Below the pieces are notes generated by a model. It saw only the letters and a list, made by a program, of their open reading frames with translations, did not search any database and was not told the DNA's origin. DNA of 64,000 nucleotides, taken from contig JANOZK010000111.1 in assembly GCA_031429335.1 (NCBI GenBank), forward strand, positions 4,701-68,700, given 5' to 3'. The stretch is from Chitinophagaceae bacterium (lineage in GTDB: Bacteria > Bacteroidota > Bacteroidia > Chitinophagales > Chitinophagaceae). How positions within the stretch are numbered: the first letter of the stretch is position 1; each line of letters opens with the position of its first letter. Positions 1 to 9,592 of this stretch are shown here, piece by piece. The position numbers and the translations under genes are program-made.

Positions 1-1863
1 ACTTAACTCTTGGCTTTGGTATTTACCACCCCAAGACTCTACTAACAAATTCATTTGAGATAATTGCTCATAAATTTTTTGAGGGTTTGCCCCGTCTTTA
101 TCTATTTTATTTACAGCAAAAATCATGGGTACACTTGCTGCTTGTGCATGGCTGATGGCCTCTTTTGTTTGAGGCATAACCGCATCGTCGGCAGCTACTA
201 CTATTACGGCAATATCTGTTACTTTGGCACCTCTTGCCCTCATTGCAGTAAAGGCTTCATGACCTGGCGTATCTAGGAAAGTAATTTTTTTACCGCCACT
301 TAATTCTACTTCATAAGCACCGATATGTTGCGTAATACCACCAGCTTCTCCAGCTACAACTTTGGCACTTCTAATATAATCGAGCAAAGATGTTTTACCA
401 TGATCTACGTGCCCCATTATGGTTACAATAGGTGCACGGCCTTCTGAATCGTTTGGATTTTCTTCTTCTTCGTCTTCTTCAACATCCACATCTTCAACAC
501 TGGTAAATTCTACTTCAAAATTAAATTCGCTGGCCACCAATTCAATTACTTCGGCATCTAAACGTTGGTTGATTGATACCATTAAACCAAGGCTCATACA
601 TTTACTAATGATATCGGTAAATCCAACATCCATCAAATTGGCTAACTCACTTACAGTAACAAATTCTGTTACTTGTAATTTATTATCATCACCCATTGTG
701 CCATCGGCAGCATCCGCAGCATCTTGGCGTTTTTCTCTTCGATATTTAGCTTTTAAGCTTTTTCCTCTACCGCCACCACCAGCAAGTTTTGCTTGTGTTT
801 CTTTAATTTTATCTTGTATTTCTTTAGCGTCGATTTCTTTGTCTTCACGTCTTACACTAGTACTTCTATCATTTCTGTTACCACCTCTGTTTGGACCACC
901 ACCTGATCCTCTATTTGGACCACCACCACCTGGACGTTGTTGACCAGGGGCTACTTTTTGTATAGTTGGTCTATTACCACCCCCTGCTTGTGGGCCAGTT
1001 TTATCGTCTTTTCTAAAGTCAACGTGCTGAATATTGGTATTAACTTTTTTGTCAACAATAATTCTTTTGCGTTTTCTATGCTCGTCTTTTGCACCTGGTT
1101 TAGGCCTTGTATCATTATCAACTGGCAATTCAATTTTTCCTAAAATTTTAGGCCCTGTTAACTTTTCAACTTCTATATTTTCAATTTGTGCAGTAACTTC
1201 TTCTATACTTTCTTGAACAACAACCTCTTTAGGTTTCTCTATTTGTATAGGAGCTGTTACTGTGGGTTTTTGTTTTTCGAGGTTGGGCTTAACTGTTATA
1301 GTCTCCGCTTTTGAAACCTTGATTGGTTCTTCTTTTTTCTTAGCAGATTTTTTTGGTCTGGTCGAAGAATCAATATTTCCTAAATCTATTTTATCTAAAA
1401 CCTTGGGGCCTTCTATTGACGGTGCCTCAATTTTTAAGTTATTGTCTGTAGTTGTTGTGGCCTCTGTATTAACTATTTTTTCAACAATAATTTCAGGTGC
1501 TTTTTCAACAATAACTTCTTTTGGAGCTTCTTCAACAACCACAGGTTTAGGCTCTTCTTTTGGAGCTGCTGGTTGTATTTTTTTCTCATCTCTTTTTATA
1601 GAGATGTCTTCGTCTTCTTTTTTCTTTCTAGTATCTTGGCCACCAGCTTTTGGTATTTCTACCATATCGGCCTTGTTTTTTGCAACCTTATCACTTTGAA
1701 ACTCAGCTTGCAAAGTAAAATACATTTGCTCGTTAAGTTTGGTGGTAGGTTTAAGCTCATCCTTATTAAAGCCTTTCTTTGCCAAAAAGTCGATAAGGGT
1801 ATCTTGCCCAATATTAAATTCTGTGGCTGCGGCTAATAATCTAGGTAATTTCAGTTCTGACAT
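1..1863 (-). CDS. infB: Translation initiation factor IF-2 (N-terminal part and G domain; C-terminus lies beyond the window start)
   Basis: Open minus-strand frame running off position 1, so it is absent from the ORF track. ATG at 1861-1863 gives [32 protein letters not shown]..., followed by a K/E/P-rich linker. The G domain [15 protein letters not shown]...DTPGHEAF...NKIDK is read by hand from 1-420, in frame with the ATG. The gene lies directly downstream of rimP-nusA. Confidence 0.9.
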   Translation of the reverse strand, partial: MSELKLPRLLAAATEFNIGQDTLIDFLAKKGFNKDELKPTTKLNEQMYFTLQAEFQSDKVAKNKADMVEIPKAGGQDTRKKKEDEDISIKRDEKKIQPAAPKEEPKPVVVEEAPKEVIVEKAPEIIVEKIVNTEATTTTDNNLKIEAPSIEGPKVLDKIDLGNIDSSTRPKKSAKKKEEPIKVSKAETITVKPNLEKQKPTVTAPIQIEKPKEVVVQESIEEVTAQIENIEVEKLTGPKILGKIELPVDNDTRPKPGAKDEHRKRKRIIVDKKVNTNIQHVDFRKDDKTGPQAGGGNRPTIQKVAPGQQRPGGGGPNRGSGGGPNRGGNRNDRSTSVRREDKEIDAKEIQDKIKETQAKLAGGGGRGKSLKAKYRREKRQDAADAADGTMGDDNKLQVTEFVTVSELANLMDVGFTDIISKCMSLGLMVSINQRLDAEVIELVASEFNFEVEFTSVEDVDVEEDEEEENPNDSEGRAPIVTIMGHVDHGKTSLLDYIRSAKVVAGEAGGITQHIGAYEVELSGGKKITFLDTPGHEAFTAMRARGAKVTDIAVIVVAADDAVMPQTKEAISHAQAASVPMIFAVNKIDKDGANPQKIYEQLSQMNLLVESWGGKYQSQELS

Positions 1864-1949
1864 TCAGTTTTATTTTGTTGAGCTTGCTATTAATTATGCA
1901 AAGCCAAATAATTTTTTAAAGATAACACTTAATTAAACTTGTAAACCTG

Positions 1950-3221
1950 CTATTTAACTGGTGTTTCCTCAGATTGTTCTTGATCGTATTCTGCTTGTAA
2001 AATTTTTCTTACTTCTGCAATTGTTTCTTTTTCTAAATCTGTTCTTCTTTCTAATTCTGCATCAGACAATTTTAAAACACTATTTGCAGTATCGCAACCT
2101 ACACGTTTAAATTCGTCAATAATCCATTGTTCAATTTCGTCGCTAAATTCTTCTAAATCTATATCAAATTCATCCACCAATTCTTCATCTTCTCTAAATA
2201 CATCTATTTCGTAGCCTGTTAATTCACAAGCTAATTTTATATTTACTCCTCTACGGCCAATTGCTAAAGAAACCTGATCGGCTTTTAAATACACATCGGC
2301 TTGCATTTTTTCATTATCAAGGTTCATGAAGCTAATTTTAGCTGGGGTTAATGAACGTTGAATTAACAATTGAATATTTGATGTAAAGTTGATAACGTCT
2401 ATATTTTCGTTTTTCAATTCACGAACAATTCCATGTATTCTGCTCCCTTTCATTCCAACACAAGCACCAACTGGGTCAATTCTATCGTCGAAACTTTCTA
2501 CTGCAACTTTTGCTCTTTCGCCGGGTTCTCTTACAATTTTTTTAATGGCAATTAATCCATCAAAAATTTCTGGTACTTCTATTTCTAATAATTTGGCTAA
2601 GAACAATGGGCTGGTTCTTGAAAGTACAATTACTGGAGAATTGTTTTTCATATCTACCCTTGCTACAACAGCTCTAGTATTTTCTCCTTTTTTAAAATAA
2701 TCTTGTGGTATTTGTTCAGATTTTGGTAAAATCAACTCATTGCCTTCCTCATCTAATAACAAAACTTCTTTTTTCCAAACCTGATAAACTTCTGCACTAA
2801 TAATATCACCAATTCTGTCGGCATATTTTTTTACCAACACATTCTTTTTTAAATCGCTAATGCGGCTTGCTAAAGTTTGTTTGGCAGCTAATATGGCTCT
2901 ACGCCCAAAATCTACCATATTAACTTCTTGATACAATTCTTCACCAACTTCAAAATCTGGTTCTATTTTAACAGCACTACTGTACGCAATTTCTGCAAGT
3001 GGATCAATTACTTCACCATCATCAACAATCATACGACGACGTATAATTTCCAAATCGCCTTTTTCGGCATTTACAATTACATCAAAATTATCATCGGCAC
3101 CATACTTTTTTCTCAATAAAGTTTTAAATACATCTTCAACTACTTTCATTAGTGTGGGCCTATCAAGATTTTCTGCATCTTTAAAATCTTGGAACGCATC
3201 TATTAAGTTAATACTTGCCAT
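1950..3221 (-). CDS. nusA: Transcription termination/antitermination factor NusA
   Basis: 423-aa ORF with a NusA N-terminal domain (MASINLIDAFQDF...RPTLMKVVEDVF), an S1 domain and two KH-like segments (GACVGMKGSRI, AIGRRGVNIKLA). Conserved rimP-nusA-infB order. Confidence 0.95.
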   Translation of the reverse strand: MASINLIDAFQDFKDAENLDRPTLMKVVEDVFKTLLRKKYGADDNFDVIVNAEKGDLEIIRRRMIVDDGEVIDPLAEIAYSSAVKIEPDFEVGEELYQEVNMVDFGRRAILAAKQTLASRISDLKKNVLVKKYADRIGDIISAEVYQVWKKEVLLLDEEGNELILPKSEQIPQDYFKKGENTRAVVARVDMKNNSPVIVLSRTSPLFLAKLLEIEVPEIFDGLIAIKKIVREPGERAKVAVESFDDRIDPVGACVGMKGSRIHGIVRELKNENIDVINFTSNIQLLIQRSLTPAKISFMNLDNEKMQADVYLKADQVSLAIGRRGVNIKLACELTGYEIDVFREDEELVDEFDIDLEEFSDEIEQWIIDEFKRVGCDTANSVLKLSDAELERRTDLEKETIAEVRKILQAEYDQEQSEETPVK

Positions 3222-3262
3222 ATTTATTGTTTTTTATAATAAACCTTAGACTCATGTAGGGT

Positions 3263-3733
3263 TTAAAATTTAATTTGAACGGTTGTAATTTTTATGTTGG
3301 TTAAGGGAATAACTACTTGTTCGGTTATCATTTTTTTTCCTTTACCACTAGTGCTTTCAATAGTTAAGTTGCTTTCGGTAACTTCTATTAATTTTCCTTC
3401 TTTTTTAGTGTCATCTAATGCCACAATTTCTACAAACCGACCAATATTTTTTTTGTATTGACGGTTTAATTTTAATGGCTCATCTAAACCTGGGCTAGAA
3501 ACCTCTAAGCTATATTCTCCTTCTGGATAGATGCCTTCTTCTTCGATGTGATTTCTTAATTTTCGATTGAAGAATACACATTTTTCTATTGTAATTCCAT
3601 TGTCGCCATCTAAAAAAACTTTTACATTATCTGTAGGCTTTATACGAACGCTTACTAAAAAATAAGTTGGCTCGGCTTCTAATAAACCGTTTAAAAATTG
3701 CTCTATTTCTTCTAATTTATTATCTGTTGACAT
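3263..3733 (-). CDS. rimP: Ribosome maturation factor RimP
   Basis: 156-aa ORF immediately upstream of nusA. It contains the LEVSSPGLDEPL motif typical of RimP. Confidence 0.85.
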   Translation of the reverse strand: MSTDNKLEEIEQFLNGLLEAEPTYFLVSVRIKPTDNVKVFLDGDNGITIEKCVFFNRKLRNHIEEEGIYPEGEYSLEVSSPGLDEPLKLNRQYKKNIGRFVEIVALDDTKKEGKLIEVTESNLTIESTSGKGKKMITEQVVIPLTNIKITTVQIKF

Positions 3734-3744
3734 AGGTACAAAAG

Positions 3745-3770
3745 AGAAGGGAACGATTCCGTTCCCTTCT
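3745..3770 (-). promoter_or_regulatory. Perfect 11-bp stem / 4-nt loop hairpin in the rimP leader, followed on the minus strand by CTTTTGT and then the rimP ATG (terminator-like attenuator candidate)
   Basis: agaagggaacg-attc-cgttcccttct. A possible TAcaTTTG -7 box (reverse complement of 3790-3797) and a TTTG -33 box (reverse complement of 3819-3822) lie just upstream on the minus strand. Confidence 0.4.
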
Positions 3771-4060
3771 ACTGTTTCTTATTCTAGTGCAAATGTAAGG
3801 TAATGAGTGTTTAAATTCCAAATTTTACAAGAATATAATATTGAGTTCAGTTTTTCAATGATTTACGAATCAATTAAAATGTTTGTTATGTTAAAACGTC
3901 TTTATAATTTATTGGATATAGCGGCTTAAGAACATACTATTATTATCTTTGCAAGCTTATTTGGTTTATTACTTAAAAAAGATTTAACTGTTTTTTACTA
4001 AATTAATCGAATGGCTATAGTAAGAAGTTTATGAAATAAATAATTATCTTAATTAAAATT

Positions 4061-4300
4061 ATGTCTTTGCTAAAAATATTATTGTGGGGTTTGGTAATTT
4101 ACTACTTATACAAGTTTGTTTTTGGCGTTGTTGTGCCGGTAAGCAAAGCTGCTAAACAAATGAAAAATACCGTACAAAAAATGCAAGAAGCCCAACAAAA
4201 ACATCAGCAACAGCCCACCGAACCAATTATACCTAAAAATAAGCCTAGCTCTACACCAAAGTCTGATACGGATTATATTGATTTTGAAGAGATAAAATAG
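4061..4300 (+). CDS. Small membrane-anchored protein, DUF4834-like (N-terminal TM helix, Q/K/P-rich tail, acidic C-terminus DYIDFEEIK)
   Basis: 79-aa ORF. The architecture matches my recollection of Bacteroidota DUF4834 proteins, but no search was possible. Confidence 0.45.
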   Translation: MSLLKILLWGLVIYYLYKFVFGVVVPVSKAAKQMKNTVQKMQEAQQKHQQQPTEPIIPKNKPSSTPKSDTDYIDFEEIK

Positions 4301-4307
4301 TATGGTT

Positions 4308-4922
4308 TTACAGCGATAAATCAAGAACAGTTTTCGGATAAGTTAAATGTATGGTTTGTAAACCAGCTTGCTTTGCACCTTCAATGTTTTTTAGAGTATC
4401 ATCTATAAAAACTGTTTCTTCTGCTAAAAGGTGCTGCTCGTTCAAAATGGCTGTATAGCTTGCTGCATAAGGTTTTCGAAAACCACACTCATGAGAATAA
4501 TAGGCTTTAATAAAATAGCTATTAAAATCATCGTTGTTCATTGTTTCATTTACAATTTTTATAAAAGCATCATAATGAATTTTATTGGTGTTAGAGTATA
4601 AATATACTTTGTATGTTTCTTTTATTTGCTTTAGCCATTCGATTCGTTCTAAGGGAAAATCTAATAACATAGCATTCCAAGCCTTATAAATTTGTTGGTT
4701 GCTTAATACTGTTTTTGAGATTGTTCTAAAGGTATCACAAAACTGTTCTGGTGTAATTTTTCCGGTTTCTAAATCTTCGAATAAAGTAGTTGCATGATGT
4801 TGAGTATATAAATCTGCAAAGTTTAATACACCCAATTCTATAAATGCTTTTTCGGTTAGCGAATAATCAATATTCATAAATATGCCACCAAGGTCGAATA
4901 AAATATTTTTAATACTTGTCAT
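4308..4922 (-). CDS. HAD-superfamily hydrolase (subfamily IA-like phosphatase)
   Basis: 204-aa ORF with N-terminal motif I ILFDLGGI(F), a cap region, and the FIDD motif near the C-terminus. Confidence 0.8.
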   Translation of the reverse strand: MTSIKNILFDLGGIFMNIDYSLTEKAFIELGVLNFADLYTQHHATTLFEDLETGKITPEQFCDTFRTISKTVLSNQQIYKAWNAMLLDFPLERIEWLKQIKETYKVYLYSNTNKIHYDAFIKIVNETMNNDDFNSYFIKAYYSHECGFRKPYAASYTAILNEQHLLAEETVFIDDTLKNIEGAKQAGLQTIHLTYPKTVLDLSL

Positions 4923-4941
4923 TTTAAAAAATGTTTAAATG

Positions 4942-4967
4942 AAAAAAGCGAAGTTGTTTACTTCGCT
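4942..4967 (-). terminator. Rho-independent terminator after tRNA-Met
   Basis: 8-bp stem agcgaagt/acttcgct with a 5-nt loop. It is followed on the minus strand by TTTTTT (plus-strand A-run 4942-4947). Confidence 0.6.
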
Positions 4968-4971
4968 TTTG

Positions 4972-5045
4972 TGGACCCACCTGGGTTTGAACCAGGGACC
5001 CCCTGATTATGAGTCAGGTGCTCTAACCAACTGAGCTATAGGTCC
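4972..5045 (-). tRNA. tRNA with CAT anticodon (elongator Met, or Ile2 if lysidine-modified)
   Basis: The reverse complement folds as a hand-built cloverleaf: ggaccta/tgggtcc acceptor, gctc/gagc D stem, cctga-CTCATAA-tcagg anticodon arm, cctgg-ttcaaac-ccagg T arm. 74 nt, no encoded CCA. Confidence 0.9.
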
Positions 5046-5322
5046 TAAGTTGAAATAAATTTCAACCAATATTTTTATTTAGGACGGCAAAAATAGCTAA
5101 TTGAATATATTTTCCAAGAAATATTGCTTTTAAGCCAACATTTTCTTTTTTAACGCCAAATTTTTTAATGGATTATTAGCATCGAAAGGTCGATTTTTCG
5201 CTTGCATCTTTGGCAAAGAGATTAGGATGCCATTTGTTGAGGTTTGTAGTAGGTGCAGTTGCCATAAACGGCTCATTTTTTGCAATAATTATTTTCTTTT
5301 GTAAGGGTACACTATATAACCT

Positions 5323-6111
5323 CTAAGCAACTTGTTTAAATATGGCTAACTGTGTTTCTTGTTTTTGTAGTAAGCTGGCTGTTTTGTAATAAAGTTGGTT
5401 TAACTTTTGTATTAAAAGTTGAACTTTAATTTCATCTTTCTCCATTAAAGTCGATTTTTCTAGTTCTACAGCCAATTGATACATTTCGTTTGCTTTAACT
5501 ACTGATAAAGAAGATTTTATTAAGTGGGCAGTTTTTTGCATTAAGCACCAATCTTTTGTTGCTAATGCATGGCCCAATTTATTCATATTTACGGTCATAT
5601 TTTCAACAAACAAACTCAACATTGTTTTAACATACATTTTATCGCCACCTGCAAGTTCATTTAAAAAATTTAGGTCAATAGTAATGCCATCATTACTTAA
5701 AATTAATGAGTTAGAAATGTTGCCATTGGGTTGTTCTAAAACTTTAATTATTTCGCTGCATAAACTTTCTGTTGTAAAAGGTTTAGATACATACCCATTC
5801 ATTCCAATTTCTTTACATTTTTCATCTTCTCCTTTTATTGCTAGTGCAGTCATTGCTATAATGGGTATGTTCAAATGCAATTCATTGCGAATAATTCGTG
5901 TGGTTTGATAACCATCTAACTCGGGCATGTGAATGTCCATTAAAATAATATCGAATTGGCTGAGTGGGGTAAAAGTTAATGCATGAGAGCCATTATTGGC
6001 AATATGAATGATTGAACCAGATTTTGAAAGTGTATGTGTAACTAACATCTGGTTAATAGAGTTGTCTTCAACTACCAGAATTTTTTTTCTGGCTAATAAT
6101 GAAAGGTTCAT
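5323..6111 (-). CDS. Response-regulator receiver domain fused to a C-terminal Hpt (histidine phosphotransfer) domain
   Basis: REC motifs KILVVEDNSINQ...DIILMDIHMPELDG...IIAMTA...K. The C-terminal four-helix region carries HLIKSSLSVV, an H-x-x-K-G/S-type Hpt motif. Confidence 0.8.
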   Translation of the reverse strand: MNLSLLARKKILVVEDNSINQMLVTHTLSKSGSIIHIANNGSHALTFTPLSQFDIILMDIHMPELDGYQTTRIIRNELHLNIPIIAMTALAIKGEDEKCKEIGMNGYVSKPFTTESLCSEIIKVLEQPNGNISNSLILSNDGITIDLNFLNELAGGDKMYVKTMLSLFVENMTVNMNKLGHALATKDWCLMQKTAHLIKSSLSVVKANEMYQLAVELEKSTLMEKDEIKVQLLIQKLNQLYYKTASLLQKQETQLAIFKQVA

Positions 6112-6323
6112 CTTAGGAATGGTTTACTTCAGGAATATTGGATAATCAACTAACGGCTGTTTCGAAAAAAAAGTATATAGTTTAGTTAAAAAACATCAAA
6201 AACAGGGATTTTTGACCCAATATTTAATAAATGAATTTCTTTTGCTATTTTTTAACCCTTTGGGTGGCTTCAATTCTACTATTTTTGCTGCTTAGTGCAT
6301 AAAAACACTTTATACTAACTACA

Positions 6324-7064
6324 ATGAAGAAATTATTGATGCTGCTTTTTACAGCAATAACGGTTACAAATTCGTTTTCACAAACAACAGATGATGTGAA
6401 AAAGCCAAAAAAAATTGATTTAAGCAATCGTTCTGCAGACCATTTCATGATTCAATATGGTAAAGATTTTTGGAGTGGAACCCCAGATAGTATTAGAGTA
6501 AAAGGGAATAGCCGACATTTTAATTTTTATTTTATGTTGGATAAACCTTTTCAAAACAACCCAAAATTTAGCGTAGCTTTTGGTGCAGGCCTAAGCAGTA
6601 GCAATATTTTTTTCGATCAAAACTATGTTGATATTAAAGCCTCGGCAGCTCGCTTGCCCTTTAGAAGAAGCTATAGCGGAAACGACTCTTCCTCTTTCAA
6701 TAAATTTAAGTTAACCACCATTTTTTTAGAAGCTCCTGTTGAGTTGAGGTATTATTCCAACCCTGCTGATCCAAATAAATCATGGAAGGGTGCTATTGGT
6801 GTAAAAATAGGAACACTACTAAAATCCTTTACAAAGGGTAAAGATTTGGTAAATAAGGCTGGTCAAAGTGTTTATGGCGATAAGTTTATTGAAAAAGAAT
6901 CTAATAAAAGATTTTTTAACACTACCCGTGTAGCTTTTTCTGCAAGAGCTGGTTATGGTATTTTTGGTTTGCAATTTAGTTATCAGCTAACTCAAGTAAT
7001 TAAAGAAGGATTTGGCCCAGAAATAAGGCCATTTTCAATTGGCTTAACCATTAGTGGATTATAA
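6324..7064 (+). CDS. Outer-membrane beta-barrel protein (PorT/OmpA-like barrel family)
   Basis: Signal peptide MKKLLMLLFTAITVTNSFSQ, alternating-hydrophobicity strands, and a C-terminal aromatic-rich strand. Confidence 0.6.
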   Translation: MKKLLMLLFTAITVTNSFSQTTDDVKKPKKIDLSNRSADHFMIQYGKDFWSGTPDSIRVKGNSRHFNFYFMLDKPFQNNPKFSVAFGAGLSSSNIFFDQNYVDIKASAARLPFRRSYSGNDSSSFNKFKLTTIFLEAPVELRYYSNPADPNKSWKGAIGVKIGTLLKSFTKGKDLVNKAGQSVYGDKFIEKESNKRFFNTTRVAFSARAGYGIFGLQFSYQLTQVIKEGFGPEIRPFSIGLTISGL

Positions 7065-7086
7065 TTTTTTATAAACTTTTTTATTG

Positions 7087-7116
7087 GCCCTGCAATGTTT
7101 GCAGGGCTTTGTTTTT
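7087..7116 (+). terminator. Rho-independent terminator
   Basis: gccctgca-atgtt-tgcagggc stem-loop followed by tttgttttt, 23 nt after the stop of the 6324-7064 gene. Confidence 0.65.
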
Positions 7117-7148
7117 ATAACACCAACTGAATTTTACTATAGATCATA

Positions 7149-7224
7149 ATTTTCTAGGATAATGCCTATTGGGTAGCTGTTTACACCAATTTATTTGGGA
7201 TATTAAGGATATCGCATCGGTATA
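7149..7224 (+). repeat. Intergenic repeat family R, diverged copy 1
   Basis: Shares the core aatgcc.attgg.tagctgttta.accaatttattt and the terminal tcggtat with the copies at 58069-58153 and 15790-15874 (reverse complement). Confidence 0.7.
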
Positions 7225-7267
7225 ACCCTTTTGTACAACTACCTTTACAATATAAAAAACAAAAAGA

Positions 7268-8455
7268 TTGATAGATAAACAACAAAAAGTAAAACAAGAA
7301 GAACGTGTGGTGTTGGTGGGTTTAATTCAAAAAGATACTACCTACGAACAAGTTTCAGAGTATTTAGACGAGTTGTCTTTTTTAGCCGAAACAGCTGGTG
7401 CTATTGCTGTTAAACGATTTACCCAAAAAATGGTACGCCCCGATAGCAAAACATTTGTAGGAAAAGGAAAATTAGAAGAAATTAAAGAATACATTACTGG
7501 TAAAAATATTGATACCGTAATTTTTGATGATGAATTATCGGGTTCTCAAATATTAAATATTCAAAAAGCATTGGGTATTGGCGTAATTGATAGAAGCGAT
7601 TTAATTTTAGATATTTTTGCCCGTCGTGCCCGAACTGCACAGGCTAAAGTACAAGTAGAGTTGGCACAATACCAATACATTTTACCTAGGTTAAAAGGTA
7701 TGTGGAGCCATTTGGAAAGACAAGGTGGTGGTATTGGTAGCAGAGGCCCAGGAGAAACTGAAATTGAAACAGATAGACGTATTGTAAAAGATAAAATTTC
7801 TTTGCTAAGAAAGCGTTTGGCAGAAATTGATAAGCAATCTTTTACACAAAGAAAAGATAGGGGCGAATTTATACGAGTTGCATTGGTAGGTTATACCAAT
7901 GTTGGCAAAAGCACTTTAATGAACGTAATTAGTAAGAGTGATGTTTTTGCTGAAAATAAGTTGTTTGCCACATTAGATACAACTACCAGAAAAGTTGTTT
8001 TTGACAATACCCCTTTTTTATTAAGCGATACTGTTGGGTTTATAAGAAAACTACCACACCACTTGGTCGAAAGTTTTAAAAGCACTTTAGATGAAGTAAG
8101 AGAAGCAGATATTTTATTGCATGTAATTGATATTTCTCACCCAAAACATGAAGATCAAATTGGTACTGTAAACAAAACGTTGCAAGAACTAAAGGCTTTT
8201 GATAAACCCATTTTAAGCATTTTTAATAAAATGGATCTTTATGAAGCCAACAACTTCGACGAATGGTTGAGTAGTGAAGTAAAACAAGATATTTTGGTTG
8301 AATTAAAAGAAAAATGGCTTTTAGCTACCGATAACAATTGTGTATTTATTTCTGCTTTAGAAAAAAGAAATATTGATGAATTAAGAACCATTATTTTACA
8401 TAAAGTAAGAGATATGTACCAAATACGATATCCATATAAAACTGTTTCATATTAA
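7268..8455 (+). CDS. hflX: GTPase HflX
   Basis: 395-aa ORF starting at a TTG. It has an HflX N-terminal domain and G motifs GYTNVGKST, DTVGF and NKMD. Confidence 0.9.
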   Translation: MIDKQQKVKQEERVVLVGLIQKDTTYEQVSEYLDELSFLAETAGAIAVKRFTQKMVRPDSKTFVGKGKLEEIKEYITGKNIDTVIFDDELSGSQILNIQKALGIGVIDRSDLILDIFARRARTAQAKVQVELAQYQYILPRLKGMWSHLERQGGGIGSRGPGETEIETDRRIVKDKISLLRKRLAEIDKQSFTQRKDRGEFIRVALVGYTNVGKSTLMNVISKSDVFAENKLFATLDTTTRKVVFDNTPFLLSDTVGFIRKLPHHLVESFKSTLDEVREADILLHVIDISHPKHEDQIGTVNKTLQELKAFDKPILSIFNKMDLYEANNFDEWLSSEVKQDILVELKEKWLLATDNNCVFISALEKRNIDELRTIILHKVRDMYQIRYPYKTVSY

Positions 8456-8809
8456 ATGAGTACGACTATTAACTGGTTTAAAATTTCTGATTCTATTGAA
8501 TCATTAATTTGGCAACCTAATAATATGTGTGTTGTAGAAGTAAATACAAAAAAAATTACACTTGCCAAGCAAAATAATGTAGTAGTTGCTTTTGCATATA
8601 AATGCCCTCATGCTGGCGGGATTTTAGCAGATGGATTTATAGATGCTTTTGGAAACGTGGTTTGCCCATTACATAGATATAAGTTTAATACAGAAAATGG
8701 CAGAAATACAACCGGCGAAGGGTATTATGTAAAAACATTTAAGGTAGAAAATAGAGTCGATGGCATATATGTAGGCTTTGAGCAGAAAGGATTTTTGGGA
8801 TTTATATAA
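8456..8809 (+). CDS. Small Rieske [2Fe-2S] domain protein (NirD-like size)
   Basis: C-P-H...C-P-L-H cluster ligands (CPHAGG ... CPLHRYKF). Its ATG abuts the hflX stop (TAAATG). Confidence 0.8.
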   Translation: MSTTINWFKISDSIESLIWQPNNMCVVEVNTKKITLAKQNNVVVAFAYKCPHAGGILADGFIDAFGNVVCPLHRYKFNTENGRNTTGEGYYVKTFKVENRVDGIYVGFEQKGFLGFI

Positions 8810-8824
8810 AAGAAACCAAAAAAA

Positions 8825-8856
8825 TTTGTTCACAAAACTTCATGCCCTTATTTTTG
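8825..8856 (+). promoter_or_regulatory. Candidate Bacteroidota-type promoter for tRNA-Asn
   Basis: TTTG at 8825-8828 and TATTTTTG (TAnnTTTG) at 8849-8856, with 20 nt between them. The box ends about 35 nt upstream of the tRNA. Confidence 0.35.
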
Positions 8857-8890
8857 CTGCCCCAACAACGAAAGAAGTTGGAAAAGGTAT

Positions 8891-8964
8891 TCCCGAATAG
8901 CTCAGTTGGTTAGAGCATCTGACTGTTAATCAGAGGGTCTCTGGTTCAAGTCCAGATTCGGGAG
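8891..8964 (+). tRNA. tRNA-Asn (GTT)
   Basis: Hand-built cloverleaf: tcccgaa/ttcggga acceptor, gctc/gagc D stem, tctga-CTGTTAA-tcaga anticodon arm, tctgg-ttcaagt-ccaga T arm. 74 nt. Confidence 0.92.
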
Positions 8965-9010
8965 CTAAAATTAAGCCCTGCAAATTTTGTGGGGCTATTT
9001 TTATGTAACA

Positions 9011-9319
9011 ATGTTTTATATCTACATTATTTATTCCGTGTCGTCAAACCTCTATTATGTGGGTTATACCAGCAATTTTGAGCTGAGAATAATTGAGCAT
9101 AATACACAACAACATTTTATTACATTTACTTCAAAACATAGACCATGGATACCAAAAGCTTTGTTTAAATGCAGCGAAATAGAACTTGAAGCAATTAAAA
9201 TTGAACGGTTTATTAAAAAACAAAAAAGCAGAAAATTGATTGAACTTTTATGCAATCCTCAATTTATTCCAACTGGTTTTTTAGCTCAGTTGGTTAGAGT
9301 CCCGAAACTTCGGGATTAA
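9011..9319 (+). CDS. Small GIY-YIG nuclease-family protein (COG2827-like); the last ~15 codons are tRNA-derived sequence
   Basis: MFYIYIIYS...LYYVGYT...ELRIIEHN...KIERFIKK matches the GIY / YIG / R / E motifs. The ATG at 9011 is preferred over the TTG at 8987 in the track. The C-terminal FLAQLVRVPKLRD is encoded by the tRNA-Asn-like segment at 9282-9319. Confidence 0.75.
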   Translation: MFYIYIIYSVSSNLYYVGYTSNFELRIIEHNTQQHFITFTSKHRPWIPKALFKCSEIELEAIKIERFIKKQKSRKLIELLCNPQFIPTGFLAQLVRVPKLRD

Positions 9320-9356
9320 TCAGAGGGTCTCTGGTTCAAGTCCAGATTCGGGAGCT
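9282..9356 (+). pseudogene. Rearranged, anticodon-less second copy of tRNA-Asn
   Basis: 9282-9299 is identical to 8898-8915 (D arm), and 9316-9356 is identical to 8926-8966 (3' anticodon arm through the acceptor end). The 5' acceptor strand is missing. The 10 nt catctgactg are replaced by tcccgaaacttcggga, which is the two acceptor strands joined head to tail. Confidence 0.75.
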
Positions 9357-9592
9357 TAATAAAAAAGATTTGCACAAGCAAAAAATATTTAAAAATATTT
9401 AGTGGCCTTGTTAAATCAATTCCCTAAAATAGTATTTTTTAGTTTTCGCATACCAAACTACATCCACCAGAAGATATTTGCGAAAAAATAATAATTTATT
9501 TCACTGTTGCAAATTGTATCGGCACTCTTCGTTTACAACTAGATTCTGCTACCAAGCCAATTTCATAAATAAGGACACTAACGACGCACTAA

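Noticed and set aside
419-1699. ORF-track entries 419-943(+), 937-1143(+), 1262-1699(+) and neighbours
   Set aside because: They lie antisense to or overlapping the open infB frame, which has unmistakable IF-2 motifs. Their translations are low-complexity S/L/F strings typical of shadow ORFs.
4972-5045. tRNA(CAT) as an initiator tRNA-fMet, echoing E. coli metY upstream of rimP-nusA-infB
   Set aside because: The acceptor stem starts with a paired G1-C72, and the anticodon stem (cctga/tcagg) lacks the three consecutive G-C pairs of initiators. It is therefore an elongator Met or Ile2. A HAD gene and an opposite-strand gene also separate it from rimP.
9282-9354. Second tRNA-Asn as a functional tRNA or an intron-containing/permuted tRNA
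   Set aside because: There is no 5' acceptor strand in the right place and no anticodon arm. The inserted 16-mer is just the two acceptor strands joined. It cannot fold into a cloverleaf.
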